This document shows positions 12,189 through 26,817 of a DNA stretch of 64,000 nt, piece by piece. The DNA comes from Takakia lepidozioides (taxonomy: Eukaryota; Plantae; Bryophyta). Under the pieces are notes generated by a model. The model saw only the letters and a program-made list of their open reading frames with translations, was not told where the DNA came from and did no database searches. Within the stretch, counting starts at the first letter, position 1, and each line of letters opens with the position of its first letter. The translations under genes were made by a program, and so were the position numbers. The stretch lies in NCBI GenBank assembly GCA_030704615.1, contig CM060733.1, positions 14,756,001 through 14,820,000 on the forward strand. Reading direction: 5' to 3'.

Positions 12189-15100
12189 GTTCTCCTCCCT
12201 ACCCAACTCCAGCATTCAATGCGGGGTCTTGAGTTGTGAAAGGTTCGTGGTCTCTTACTTTTGCCACTCACGTCCAAAGTACATGTATAGGTGAGCTAAA
12301 TAGGAGTACCCTGTCCTGCCGGAAGCAATCTTCCCAGTGAACCCTGCAATGTCACATCATCAAACCAACAGTTCGTCAGTAACAAGTCTACAAACATCAG
12401 AGATATCCTAGTTACTAGATGATACAGACAAGGCGACCTATCTGCCTTGCGAACAACAACCATTTTGAATCAAAGGTCTCAAGAGACCCACGCTAATATT
12501 AGGCACAGCAGTGACTGGCTGCATTACCACAGTCGGGTGTAGTGCGAGGCACACTGAAGGGATGCACCTGGGTCAAGCTAGCAAGTTGCAAGCCCACTTC
12601 GGTGCAGGAGCGCCTAGGTCTACAAAGCAGAAGGTGCTATCGGACTGAGGTATTCCAAGTGCCATCACGCATACTACACTGCAGGCTGATTCATTCGAAC
12701 CATGCACAGGAGGTGTACACGGGGGCTCAAGGCTCCATCTGATCCCAAAAATAGCTGGCAGAGATCCTGCCAACATATCAAACGAGTCGGCAAACTAAGA
12801 TGTTCAACAGAGCGGTGTGATAGATTTATAAAGGATCGAGTTTGCTTAGACAGCTAAATGCGAAGGCAGCTAGCGAAGTGAAACACAATGTGGAGCAAGG
12901 ATAACGGGAAAGAAACGGAACCTCGAGAGACGAGTCCCCTGCGCACTTGATATACACTCTCTTAGCAGAGATCAAAATCTGCAAGGAGACAGCACTGACG
13001 ACACCCAGAGATCAGAGACAAGTACTTGCGCAGTCCGGAGGCCACAGCATCCCCTCTGGAGACTGAGCGGGAAATAGCTGCTACACAGCAGCTCAGTCTA
13101 TCCTCAGCTCCTAAACCTACTAGTTTCCTGCCCCTGCTCCTCCTTCTTCACAGAAAGGCATCCTCACAGTGCGAGCTGCGCAAAAACAACTCGGCTGTAA
13201 TAACTGCGACGCAACTCCCAGCGCGTCTCCGAGATTCCATGGTCCAGCTGCCCCGCCTTTGTAATGGGCACCCGACAAGCACGTTGCTGCCATCGCCATC
13301 ACTCGGGGTGTGCAGCCGTGAGTGGAGACTGACACCCCCCAGCATTCGCGCGACCACTCTCCTGCCCGTCACCTTTCCTCCGCGCAGCCCCTGCCCCTCT
13401 CAACCCTAATTCCTTTTCCAGCATTTTCCCATTTTTCATTTTATTATAAAGAAAGTGAAGTTTAATTGTTCCCATTTTCGGGAAACGGGGGTCGTCCTTG
13501 GAAAACATAATAATTATAAGCCATATTTATAAAAATAAATAAAACTCTCTGCGATATTTTAGTGTACGACGTTCGTTCAGATACTTCATCCATCCAGGAT
13601 TCATTTGCTCGCCGCCTCGATCCACAATGTGCCCCTAGTTTTGCCAGTAAATGGCTATGGCCCACAACCTTTAATAATGTGTTCAAAACAAAAATCAACA
13701 ATTTGTTTCTTCACAATTGGCTTGTTGAAGTTACATGTTATTGCCACTTGGCTACGCTCAATACGCTGTCGCTCTCACCTAACCCACCTATTGTGTTCAT
13801 AAGTGACAGCAATTACATCCATTCAAATTAATTAATTAATTAATTAAATTAATACGACAGCTGGTGGGACGTCTGGGTTGTCACAGTTTAGATGGGACGT
13901 GTTAGGAAGGTTGTCCCGTCCCGTCATACCAAGTATCCCATATGTCTACTTATTTTTTCCTAGCACCGACATCGGCGACATCGCTGGCTGATTTGCACTA
14001 GGTAGCCATGAAAGTGATGGTCACCCTGCCGTTTGGCCCCCAATGGAATGTTGATTTGTTGACACTAAAAATGACATTGATTTTTGAGCGGTTGCATCCG
14101 GGTTGTTTCCCTAATGGAGCGAGCCGAAAACAAGAACGGACGGTCTAAGCTCTCTAAGGGCTCACACAACTAAAAAAATATGTCAACAGGGGCCTCTGTC
14201 CCCTGTTAATTTGAAAAAAAAAAAACAAAATTCTATCGGTAAATAAAACTTAGAAACACATAAAATAAAATAAAATTTCACCTATTAATCCCATTGAAGG
14301 GCCTCTATGTTTCCCCTTTTCCAAGTTAAAACAATATATTCTCCCCTTCCTGGGGCGTCTGTGTCCACTTATACACCTCCATGCCCGCGGTAATGTGAAA
14401 AGATTATTTTCTCCTATCACTATTAAGGGGCATGATTTGTGAAATGACGATACCCAGGTGTTCCCTTATATATATTTATTCTAAATATAAAATATACGAA
14501 ACAAATCGACCTAAATAATTTATTATTTTTATATATTTTTATTCCTTACCACCAGCTCAGTTGGATGGTGCACCCTGGGGCGGCCTTGTGGGCCTCATGG
14601 GAGGTTAGTATGAGAAAAGGTTATAGTGGTTATATGGGTGTTATATAGGGTTAACCCCGGGGGTATCAATAGTGGGTATCAACCTGGTATGAGAGATTCT
14701 ACCAGGCGGGTAGGTGACAATACCCACGATAGACTGGTGTTACCCTATTTCGGGTTGCCAACATACCAATGCTCATATTGATACCTCTCGTGAATGCAGG
14801 GCGTGATACCAATTTCAAAGACTCGGATTTCCTTCTTAATCCTGGGTAGGGTCTCGCCATATACTAACACACATTCTACGAAAGGGTGACGGCTATGTAG
14901 AGGGAACATTTGGGGGGCAGATTGCAGGTTAGGGGGTAGGGTGACCAGATTTGGGGTGGTTGTGTAATTGCAGTGTGATTACACCAAGGAATGCGGTGGC
15001 AATGGACAAATCGTGGCTGGGTTATGGGTATGCCTATTTGGGGTGTATGTATGGAAAAAAAACATGATGCACATGGAATTCAAACCTATCTCTCTGAGAG

Positions 15101-16149
15101 AGGAATAAACAAAGAGCATAATAAACTATGGGGTCCATTGATCCAGAAGGGCTACTGACTTCCTATAGTCATGGATCACAATTATGAAGTAGGCATGATT
15201 CAGTCATCATACATTCACATATGTGGATGCGAAGTCGCTGCGTACGGGTATAGAGGAGCGAGAGAAAAGAGTTTTGGAAGAGACGCATATACACGATCCA
15301 AGCACCGTGACTCCGGTTGTAGGGCTCCCCATTTGATCCCAAAACAAGTAGATTTACAAAAAAGAACAAAGGAAAAATTGTCAACCGGTTTTGAAAACCT
15401 CATCTAGGCTCCCGTTCCGGAGAGCAGAGCCTCCAGACTCCAGGACACTGCATAGATTCTTGCCAACAAAACAGCTGCTCCTTCCACGGGGACTTCGCAA
15501 ACACAACGTAGACCTTAAAACCAGACTTGCATGATGTATGACCAAAAAAGGAGGCATTTAAAGCACGAGAAAAATATGTTTTAGAAACAGCAGAAAGTGT
15601 TCTGCAACCGATCATTCGTGATGCAATGGGAAAGTCCCTCAGCTGCATAGTGGAATTTTATCAGGATGCTACAGACTACCATGAGCGGCGCACCCTCCTG
15701 GGTAAGAATAATATAACTAAAACTTTTGATGTCTGACATCAAAGAATGTCTACAAATTCCAAGAAAACGAAGTAAATAAAAGGTAGTATTCCCATGGCAA
15801 CGAGGATATTTTCGATAAAATCTTTCCCTTGCACTTCGCCGATCCCTTTTCATCGCCGCATTGTGTCTTTCCAGCCTTGTATCCGGTTCACTTCTGTCAA
15901 ATCCAGCACCATAAGACCTCCGTTACGGCTCTTCTTCTATGATTCACATCTCTCTTCCATATTACTTCTCTGGGTGATTCGTAAGTAATGTTCCAGAACA
16001 GGGGGAATCAATTACATAGTGACCAAGGCAGTGTCCATTCTCCCCATCACTCATTGAATGATCATTTCCCTCATCATTTTTTCTCATCATTTGTTGAGTA
16101 TTCACTTCTCTCATCATCATGATCCTACAACCCTTTCATTGTCATGTAC

Positions 16150-16749
16150 TCCTGTGTATTCAGCTTGTATTGCGCAATACGCTTCTCATCTTTTAAAGCG
16201 TACTCTGCTATGGCATCTTCAACATACTTGTTGATGAAAATATCTTTGTCTATGCAATCCTTTTATTTATCCACAAAACACATGTACCAGTGAAACCAAA
16301 ATAAGGGTTTTGTAATGTATGTTTCAAACTTATAGATAAAAAATATCTAAAACATTAAGAACAAACATGAAATTGAAATGTGTTGCATGATTTCAAATTG
16401 CAGTGTTCTGAAATTTATCCCCATTTGTTGTCGACAAAGTCTCGCTTTGTCTCTCAAAGGTAATTTGCTTTGTTAGCATAGCGAGTACGTGCCTTCACAA
16501 GAAGCAAATTGTGTCTCGTTCGCCAAAACATCGGGCTTCTGATATATGAGGATCGCAAGCGGTCGCATTGGTGCGTTGATGACCATATTGTCCAGACGGC
16601 AAAGGTGTTTGATCACACCGAACAAGATGGTTCGTGAAAGTACTATTGGCAAAGTAGTCCTTCGAACACTTATGACATTTGTATCGGTTTCTGACTTCAT
16701 TAAAACTGAAATATTCTCTAATCTTTGCAAACTCCATTATCACCTTCAT
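16150..16749 (-). pseudogene. Remnant of a zinc-finger-containing gene, probably from a DNA transposon
   Basis: ORF 16495-16749 contains YKCHKCSKDYFANSTFTNHLVRC (C-x2-C-x12-H-x3-C). A further coding-like stretch (DKDIFINKYVEDAIAEYALKDEKRIAQYKL) lies at ~16160-16250. Surrounding AT-rich DNA has repeated GAAACCAAAA motifs. Confidence 0.4.
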
Positions 16750-19700
16750 TAAATGGACAAAACAGTAACTAATATTAGAAACTACATATGTATTTGATAA
16801 CCTGTAGAATCTTCAAAAACATTACTTTAAACTCAAATCACCACCAAGCTGACACATACATGAACCCAAAATTTAAGTTTAGACTAAACAGTGTATTCAC
16901 AATTGCTATGAAACAATAATTTATCTTTCATGTGTTATGAAACCAAAATATAGATTTGTACATTATCAATATGCTATAAAACCAAACCTTTAGTTTGCAA
17001 ATTCTCCAAAATTGGATGCACCAATAAGTCATAGGTTCTATTTCAAAATGACATATTGAATATCTTTAGCAATCCAGATTACAAAGAGAGAGCCAATAAT
17101 CAAATCCTAAATGCATGTTTTATAGTCTCAACATGCTACGAAACCAAAAATAAAATTTCAAATCATAAAACATTAGATGGCTTTAATGTAGTATGAAAGT
17201 TTATATTAACTACTCAGATTTTATGAACTGAATATGCTACAAAACCAAACTATTTGTTTCATATCCTCCCAAAATTTTCTGTTTGTGCTTTATGATTTAA
17301 AAATCACAAACTTAAAGTTTCAAACCTAAAGAGAATGAGAAGTTGATGTCACTCTCATTCTTATTGTAGAAACTTAAAAGATAATCCTAAACTTAGATCA
17401 GTTTAGGGAATCACAGCACAGTTGTCATAAACCCAGGTTTATGAAAACAAAAGTTTTCAACCACAATGCTGTGATTCAATCTTTTATCTCTCTCTTCAAA
17501 GTAATACAAAGAGAGACAAAGAACTCGTTTCACTTGTCTCGGCCTCCATCATATCCACTTGTCTCCAACATCATGATGAAGGGTTAGGAAAGAATGAAAG
17601 AATGAAAGAAGAAGAAGCATAGTTTTCACTCACATTGAAGGAAAGAAGAATGTGACGCATCTCCTTAGCAATTCCTTTGATATAGCAACTTCAAGCACCT
17701 CTCCAAGCAACCGTCATCATGATACCAACACTACAACAGATCCTAGCTTTTGTGTCTGCCACTTTTGGGTAGTCATGAACGGTGACATATCTGTTTGCAA
17801 ACTGTCGGATGTAGTCGTCAATGTCAGTGGAGGTAGACAGAAGTCATATATCTGATTACGTTACTTCTGCATCTGCAGATCTGCGGTAAAACATAGTTGA
17901 CTGGATGCATTGAGATGGTTGACGACTATGAGTCATGTCCAACACTGCACTATGATGACGTATTCATTGCAGTGTATCACTGCATGACTACATGACGTGT
18001 TCATACAAAAGCTTTGTATTTCAAAGTTTGTTATGATTATGTACAATCAAACCACATACGTGGTGTATATATGTGTAATAGCTGGTGTGTTGGTTAGTGT
18101 ATAGTAACTTAGTGATGCTATAATGCGGAGGTCTTAGGTTCAACTACGTAATGTGGGATGATGTGGTGTCAACGGTAAATACACATTTTAAATTTTAAAT
18201 TTTAAAATTTGAACCGCCGAAATTTTAAAATTTGAATTTGAATTTGAATTATGAATTTCAAATTTCAAGTTTTTTATTCATATGTTTAGAGATCTGATGA
18301 CTACCATGTCATCGTCACGTCAAGTTGACATGGACTATTACAGTTATAGTTTGCAGTCAAGATATATGATTATGATGAGGCATCCGAGGTGTCACGTCAA
18401 CGGTGAGCACCGCGACTGACAATTACGACTCTATGGCGCTTATGACTTTTTTGTCATAACTGACAAGGTTTTCCTAACTTGGTAGTCAGGCAATACACTA
18501 GAAAATAACAGACGTAAAAGCTAAGTTTGGTTGTAGTGCAAAACCTAAAACTCACATTTTGGTTTCCAGGTGATTAGGGTATCAAACCAAGCCCGATTAA
18601 ACCTAAACTAACCATGAATTGAGGGAGGGCATGGGATGGATCACGGGGATATGGAACATAGGGCACGCATGGATGGCGGATATGGAGCCTGGAGACGTCA
18701 CAGAGGCTGACTATGGCGGCTATAGCATGATATGGGGTGTCATAGAGGTTCCAATGCATTAATATGGGGGCACATTAATAGCCATTAATATGGGGTCCAC
18801 ATTAATGTGTCCCCCTAACAGGCGCGCTCTATAGGGGAGACCTGAAGGAGTAGATTACAAACAGCCCAAGGCGAAGATGATGCATGAAGATGGACATCCA
18901 TCTGAATTTCTTATAGACATAGAAATTGTTTGAAGTAGCAAAATAAAACTTTTAATACTAGGTTATAAGGATTTGAGTCTTTGACCACAGCCCATGAGTT
19001 TTGGACAAACTACTCATACCACTAGACTACTTCTTAACATCTTTAAAAAATTTCCATTTTACTGTAATTTATACCTAAAACTAGACTCCATACCTAGTTA
19101 GATCCGCCCATACATAGCTTTGTGGCGATGTCCACGCAGATGTGAGGCGCCAAACTTAGGGGCGGGCCACATATGGGTGTTGTGTGGCCTGGGTATAGTT
19201 AACTCGCATATCTTTTCTATTTGTGGCCAAACAATAAATAGTTTTGTGGTGGATGTGAGGCGTCACACTTGGGGTCACGTAAGGGTGTTGGGCATGGGCA
19301 TGTTTAACTCCTAGACCTTTGCTATTAATGGCACTCAACACACCACCGGGCCCTAGACACATTGAGCTCGCACATCTTTTCTATTATTGATATTCAGCAG
19401 AGATCTCAGCTAGGAGGTAGGGCAGTAGGCGTGCAGGGCCTAACAGATGCAACTTCTTGTCCAAGTTTTCTATTACTGGTATTTAACAACTATTATTGGC
19501 AGTTTGTAGTTAGTGGATCAAGTTGCAATCTTTAACGGTTGAAGTCAGACAGTCAGCTAAATCTTCAAGTTATAAATAAAATTAGGTTTGAAAGTCTGTT
19601 TTATTATTAAGTATAAAATTCAATAATAAAACCAAAATATAACTCAAGGTTGAAGTTCGGCATTGAGTTTTTTTATAAAAACAATTATACAAAATTTTCA

Positions 19701-21404
19701 TAATCTAAAAATTTTGACTGAATTTTGATCTTATGGTCAATTTTAAATTTCTTTTTTTTTAAATTTTAGGTTTTTTCATGAAATGATATATTGTTTATTA
19801 CTGAAGGCCAAACTTGGATTTCCAACGACAAACTCTTATGCAGTGTTTCGCAAATGGCTTGTCTTACTATCATATTATCTCACTTAGTGTTTTTGAAATG
19901 GCCCTGGTGAGTTTTGAATTTGGATTGCAATTAATGGGATAACTGCCCACTCCCATGCAATAACAAATGACGGCTATTTTTGAAATTGAATGGATTTGTT
20001 TCTTACTCTATGCAAGTGGCATTGGCATTTCGATCGAACAAAAACTTGGAAAGAACACCCGTTATCTAGGAGTCAACAATATGAAAAGAGCTAGTGAGGA
20101 AAAGCCACCACTTTTGTCTGTTATTTTTCCCTGTTGTTGAGGTTGCAGAAAGGAAGGAAACTGTCCGAAAGCTCTTTGTGAATTGTGAGCGGAGGAATCC
20201 ATGAATGTGGCACAATTGGTTGATACGCGGGAGCAAAGACGAGCAGGTGGCGGGAAAGATGAGCGATGAACGGCATGTTGGAAAGTTGTCGTTACAGAGT
20301 TGCAGCTTCAACATTCTAACAAACACAACTCTTTCGGGTGTGATTCCAAAAATCACATAAATCGGTTGTGTAACCATTGGACTACCTACTCAGTTGTGTA
20401 ACTATAAAGGAGAGCCGCGTCTCTCACAACAAGAACACACAAAGACAGAATGAGATGGATATATATTAAGTATGAGAGACTTTCTACATAGTATGTAATT
20501 GTTGTTATAAAGATCTAGGTTCTCAATGTGTAGAATATTTCACATGACATGAGGGTGATCAGATTACATGCCCTGGTTGGACAGTATATGGATGATGACG
20601 ACCTGATATGGGGAGGAGGAGTTCTATATTCAAGAGGAGCTTAGTGATAATTACGATGCATGGTGGTTTGAGAGAGGATGCCTGTCAACTCACCCCCTTT
20701 GTCAGTTTTCAATATGTTGATGGGCCGAATTTAGGCAGTAGAGAGTGCATTTCATGACTCTTACTGATTTTCTTGCTAAAGTGACCGAGTCACTTTTGCC
20801 AGCTTTCCCAAACGGTTCATATTGTCTCACTGATCCGGGTTATTGCCATCTTGAGGTCATTTTGGCATGAGTTCTGTTCACACTTGGTAGGAGCTACTGG
20901 TCATAAGTGGGTATGTTTTGCATTTTTCATTTAAAAAAATCACAAAAATTACATATCAAGTCAAAAAATCCTGAAACTTTGGCCATCCCCTTAGTTTTCA
21001 TTTCCTAGCGTGCTGGACCATCCGATCCACTACTTAATATGAATGTCACCAAGGCGATACACGGAGCCCCCGCCATTGTTTTATTGATATGAAGTGTAAC
21101 ATGTGCCCAACTGGGAGCTAAAATTTTTCATGTTCCCATTAAGTCTCATGGGAACAACCCATGATGTAAGGTTAAGGTCACTTTGGCCAACTTGATGCGT
21201 AGTCCCTACGTCCCTACTCCCTACCCTGCCGCCAATAAATGAAATTTGATAAATAATATCCTAATTCTTATTTGGCAAAAATCCATTTAGAGAATTCCTG
21301 GGTGTTGTCACGCTGGAGAAGCAAAGCGATCACGTTTGTTATGATCGCCCTCCTGCTTCCCTCTTCAATCCTCCTTGCACACCGTCCGAGAGAATCTGAC
21401 AGGA

Positions 21405-24183
21405 ATGTCTCACAGAGGTCACTCGGATCCTTACAATCCCTACCCTCCCCCCCCACGATACGAGCAAGAATACCCGCACCATCCTCTGCATCACGAGTCC
21501 TATCCGCCTCAGAGCCCTCCTAAGCATGACCACCATCACAACCATGGCGACCATAGCCCTCCCAAGCATGACCACCACCATCACCATTTCGAATGCAGCC
21601 CTCCAAGACAAGAGAGTCAGCGCACCTATTATGAGCACGGGGCGGTGCATGTTGCAGAACGTTATCCGCCAGGACCCTATGTAGCACCTCAGCACAGTAT
21701 ACACTACCCCCCCATCCCACATGAGGTGGGGGGACCAACGGCTTCGTATCCACCGGCGCCGTACGAGGGGGGGAGACCATCTGCGACGTATCCGCCAGGC
21801 CGTTATGAGGGGGGAATTTCAGTCGCACATGACCCAGCAGGCCCCCACGAGAGTGAGCGTCAGAGCTACTCAGGTCAGTTTCTTGGTTGCTGGTCATCAA
21901 GGCAGCTACAAATTATGAGGCGTTGTCTGAAAATATATTGATGAAGGTTTCGGGCTCTGTTTTTTAATTTAATCCAATATCATTCGATGGTTTGATTTCC
22001 AGTCTTAAAAACTAGAATTGACAAATCTGATCGCAATTGCGAAAGCTCCAGGGTCACATGGCACAGTGAGAAGGTTTGGGTGCAAACTTTCGATTCCACA
22101 GAATGGAAGATTCTGAGGAACTCTTATACTTGGCGTTTGTTGGAGTCCAGTGAAATTGTGAAGCCGTTAAATTTTAAACGGTTCCTCTTTTTGCCGCATG
22201 AAGTGTACACTTACTGAGCCCCACGGCCTCCTTGCCTGTCCTTCCTTCTCACATAGGTTCCTCTCTTTGCTGTCTAACAGGCATGTGCCCGGTGTGGTTC
22301 ACTTAGGGAAGAGAACTGCCCATGACATGTTTAATTGAGCCCAGTTGAAGTCCAGGTGCAACTTTCTCCTATCAATAATTGTCACAAGCAAGTCCGCAAC
22401 TACCCTGTGGGTGATTTTCATTAACAAACATCTGCAGATAGTTTTAATTGAAAGACAGTGATTGGGGAGGGGATAATGTTTTTCTATGTTGGAAGCAAAA
22501 TGTTAAATCTCATCAGTTTGGAGGTTTAGGCAGGTACACGATTTCCTGATTTTTTTGCTGCTTATTGTTGGTGGTCTGACGGAAGGGAAGCCTTGTCATG
22601 CTTTTCTTACTATTGATTTCTGTTCTTCTTTAGGAAGAGGGTAAAGGACCTTGCCTTGACTCAAGTTTTGTGTTATGCAGGTCCATATGGCTCAGATGTC
22701 TACCAAAGCTCACCATACGCCAGTGATTCCTTCCACAGACCTGCGCCTGGAGCCATGGAGACTCATAGGTCCCACATACCAGGGCAGGCTGTGAAGATAT
22801 ATTGCAAGGCCAACACCGATTACCACTTGGGTGTCTTGCACGGACGAGGGGTTGTCATGGTTCCTGCCAATCCCCATGATGATTATCAGGTGCTTAGCCA
22901 CTTGGCTTGTCTGCCTCTGAATTTCTGTGAAATAAGCCTGTTGTTCCAGAAAAATGGGATTGTGCTTGCGTCTAGCTGAAGGTCAAAGACAGATGATCTT
23001 GTAACACATGCCTGAAATATAGCGGCCCAAAGTGACCCACTGAAAGCCTTGACACAGTGTCAATTTTTAACTATAGTAGTGTGAAGTATCTACACATTTT
23101 CTGGAATGATGCAAGTCTTTGACAGTTTTGCGCCAACTGAGCCAGATACGGAGTTGGCAATTTCCTTTTCTCTTGGTCACCAGGTATGGATCAAGGATGA
23201 GACTATGGGCACACGAGTGAAGGATTCAGCTGGATCTCCTGCCTTTGCACTTGTCAACAAGGCCACGGGCCAAGCTTTGCGCCATGCTCCTGAAGATAAC
23301 CAGCAGGTGACCCTATGTTTACTTTCTTGTATTCTGGTTGGCATTCCTGATGGAAACCTTTTTCCTTAAGAAATTCACCAATTTGGCTATGTGTAGAATT
23401 AGAAAACATCACCTTAGATGAAAACCTCCAAATGGATGGTTCAATGCAATCTCTCTACTCTGAGGTCCCTCATCTGGACACACCTCCATATTGACATTCT
23501 AAATGATGGTGAGGGACAATCACTGCGAATTGAGGAATGTGCAGGTAGAGGGTAGCATTTAACAGGAACAAGAGGTCATCTGTTGGTGTTTCAAATTACA
23601 ATTTATTTTCACGAGGAAGTGGGAAAACTGTCAGTAGAATTTTTCTGAAGCATTGTGCTGAAACCGGAGTTTTGGATGATACAGTTGCAACCACCATACG
23701 TTTCTTGAGCAATAGAAAACTCTAAAAAGGAGAGGCTCATGGAAATTTTGGGGCGCTCGGTGCAGGTTTTGTTAGCAGATTATGAGCCAGGGGTAAGAGA
23801 GGAGACAGTATTGTGGACCCTGAGTGAGGACATGGGTGAGGGTTTCCATTGCATTCGAATGGCCTCCAAGATCACGTCCAACTTGGATGCCCTCAATGGA
23901 GACAAGAAAAGTGGAGGGTTGAAAAATGGCACTCCAGTTATTCTGTTCAAATGGAAGAAACAAGAAAACCAGATCTGGAAAATTCACCCTGTTTGTGAGT
24001 TCTCTCTTGAGCAATCTGACTTCATCTGTGCTTCTTGTTATTAGCAGGGGAAATTAGAACACAAGAGTGGTAGTCATCAAGTGCTTGAGTGAGATTGTAA
24101 CACATTTCTGTGCTTGAGTTAAAGTGCTTGAGATGAATCAGCATGTCTTTCTTTGCTAACTGTGTCTCTTCTTGCTGACAGAA
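21405..24183 (+). CDS. EULS3: Euonymus-related lectin (ricin B-like, single-domain EUL type) with long His/Pro-rich N-terminal region
   Basis: Exons 21405-21873, 22681-22889, 23184-23306, 23766-23994, 24182-24183 (stop split T|AA, tentative); all GT-AG with consistent phase, ~343 aa. EUL motifs VKIYCKAN, QVWIKD, FALVNKATGQALRH, LWTLSEDMGEGFHCIRM, NQIWKI. Confidence 0.93.
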
Positions 24184-26023
24184 CTGAAAACCATGAAGCC
24201 TGAAGCCTGTGGGGATGAAGGAGGGCTCTTACTACTGGTGTCGAGTAGGCTTGGGATGAAAGTCCATTTCAGGCTCTGCTTGTCCATATTTTGCAGGACG
24301 ATGAATAGAATGTGAGAATTTGTTCTCTTGAGAAACTGGGGCCTCACTCCTTAAATTATGGTATTATCAATCTACCTAACGGTTTTGGGGGTACAGACAA
24401 GTGTCTTTATCTGGAGTGCTTCGGGCATGTCTTACCAGTATTTTTTTAGGGCCAACAGATTAATGGTGAGCTTCATTCATAACCCTGCAAGAGGTCCAAG
24501 CATTGGCCTTAAAAGTTTGAGGCAGAGTGTCTACCCACAGGCTTTCTTTGCAGAGTCCAATTTCCTACTTCGACTCTGATAGTGATGCTCAGACAGGAGA
24601 GACCTGTTGAATTGGAAACCTAAGTGCCTGAAGTCTGAAAGTCGAGACTGGGAATCTTGCATTTGCTTCAAAGAGTATATTATCTCATAGCTAAATAACT
24701 GCAATTCATAACTTGAACGTCTTGACTTGCAAAAAAAAAAAAAAAGGGCCGAAAAGTGACAGACACTTCAACACGTTGGACCAGAGTATTGCAATGAAAG
24801 TGCTGTTGTTCCAAAAATTGATGATGGATCCATTAAATATGCCCCAGCCTCATGCCAAGCCAGGGCCTCCCTGTGATATGTACTCCCTTGCAAGACCAAG
24901 CTTCTAAACCAAGAGATGAGATCTGAATGATAGAGTAGTTCTATTAGCCTACTACGCCACCATTTCCAATGAGCTTAATCAGATCTTGATATTCTCTCTC
25001 CCTAATGAGTACCCCCATGGTCAATGTGGCTGCACTAGCCACCTGAATGCCTTCTTTGACTGCACAATCCATGCTCACTTGTTTTTGGCCAAAAGCAAGA
25101 AAGGTCCACTTTAGACTACCGACCAAGACCAAGCCCCCATTCAACATACAGCAATCCTGTTGGTCGAGGGCATGTTGTCTGTCATGTTGGCTTTACACTA
25201 GGTGGGTTATTGTGGAGGAGATTGTTGGTCTTGTTTGACCCTGGACAAATATGGAAACATAATTTTCTAGATTTATAGCCCCCCAAGTTTGGGTGGGCCC
25301 GGTTCATTCTAGAGTGGTCCAGGAATTAGACTGGGGGCATACATAATAAGGCATATGTAGAGGGATTTCAAGAAATGAAGGGGTCCAAAAATAGAAAGCA
25401 AGAAGGTAATTAATCGAGGATGGTTCAGCTGCCGAATGTGGGTAAGTAGGTTTCTAGGGGTGACATGTGTCTCAGTGCCTTCTAGAGATGGGGGATTGTA
25501 GAAGGGTCCCACCGCCCTGAGAGGCTGTATAAGGGAGAGCCCCCCTCTTACTTACGTACTGTTACTTACTAATTTAGTAAGTAGTAGGCTCTGCAGACGC
25601 AGGGCCCAGGAAAAACCGCAAACATCAATATATTAATTAATAGCAACAGGAATAAACTCAAATCAGCGAGTGAGAAGCGGGCACGATGAAGTGGGGTGAG
25701 GGCCCTTTCTCCCAAAAAAGGAAAAGAAATTTAGTTTCTCTGGGTCTTGGTCGTGGTGAATACCAGTACCCACCGACATGTATTTAAAAAAAAAGAGTAA
25801 AGATGGTACATGTGTCATGCAAAGCTATCACAGCTCGCTTTTACTTTGCGTACAAAGCTCCCTTTCTCCTCAGGACCTGTTGATCACCATCTCCTGCTGA
25901 ACGCGAGCGTTTTGGTTTTCCGAGAGCTTGTTGGGTGATTTCATTGTGGGCGATTGCGATTGCTTTGCACTGTGTTCGTTCTCCATTTCGAATTCGGTGT
26001 AGTTCTTGAAGGGGTTTGTCTAT

Positions 26024-26817
26024 ATGACACAGGCCAAAGTTCCAAGAGCAGTAGCAGCGGATGGATACTACGCGCTGCCACCAGGGTCATGCTATGACCT
26101 GCCACCATATCCACGAAGACGGAGACCCAACAAGCTGTGCGAGATTGTGTGGCCCACAGTCCCTCTTGTTGGAAGCTTGTTTCTGCTCCTGTTGTTGGTG
26201 GGTGCGGGCTTCATAATGTGGCCGACAACACCTGGGGTGCATGTGAGAAAATGGAAGCTCAATGGAATCAGCATCGACAGCAACCGGGAAGGAAAATCCA
26301 TTCTTCCTGTTGTCAGCTTGAATGTTAGCGTGGAATTGTTGCTGCGTGTAGAGAACTCAAATTACGCAGGCGTTGTTTATGATGCCTTGACAGTGCGAAT
26401 TTTGTACAAGGGTGTCGAGATTGGCGAGGTCGAGGGCAGGGGATCCTTCATTAGGGCACGCAGCAGAGTGGACATTCCTGTCACACTTAATCTGGAAGCT
26501 CGAGGAATTTTAGAGAATGCAACCGAACTGCTGATTGATTTGGCCACCGTCAGGCTTCCTGACAACTTACACAACAATCAACGGAGCGGTGCAGTTTCTC
26601 TTCCTCAAGCCACACATTGCGGTAAGAATCCTTTCCTTTGGCTTGAATAACAAGGCTTTTTAGCTGCTGCCGGATTCCACCATGCTACTACTAGTGACTT
26701 CTGGATTAGTCTCCTCACAGATCTACTTTGCTGGTGCAGGTGACTGTGGCATGTGATGTAGTAGTGGATCCCAAGGACCAACTAGTGTTGGATCAAGACT
26801 GCGGTCTTGACCTATAG
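26024..26817 (+). CDS. LEA_2 / NDR1-HIN1-like membrane protein, apparently frameshifted near 26555 (pseudogene or assembly error)
   Basis: Pro/Arg-rich N-terminus, TM (LVGSLFLLLLLVGAGFIMWP), LEA2 motifs VENSNY..VVY, ILYKG.EIG, IRARS. Exon 1 26024-26621 is 598 nt, 2 short of phase 0. Exon 2 26740-26817 encodes VTVACDVVVD...DQDCGLDL*. Confidence 0.85.

Noticed and set aside
15170-15990. Coding-like minus-strand frames (ORFs 15215-15403, 15581-15853)
   Set aside because: Stop-interrupted with no recognisable motif, so no product can be supported.
18080-18150. A-box/B-box-like sequence (TGGTTAG...GGTTCAA), with a similar inverse at ~18965-19030
   Set aside because: No cloverleaf. At most these are decayed tRNA-derived repeat fragments.
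18497-18510. CACTAGAAAA as a CACTA terminus
   Set aside because: No matching inverted end or 3-bp TSD was found.
20380-20500. Solo-LTR-like sequence (TATA and CT-rich tract)
   Set aside because: No TG...CA boundaries with a TSD could be defined.
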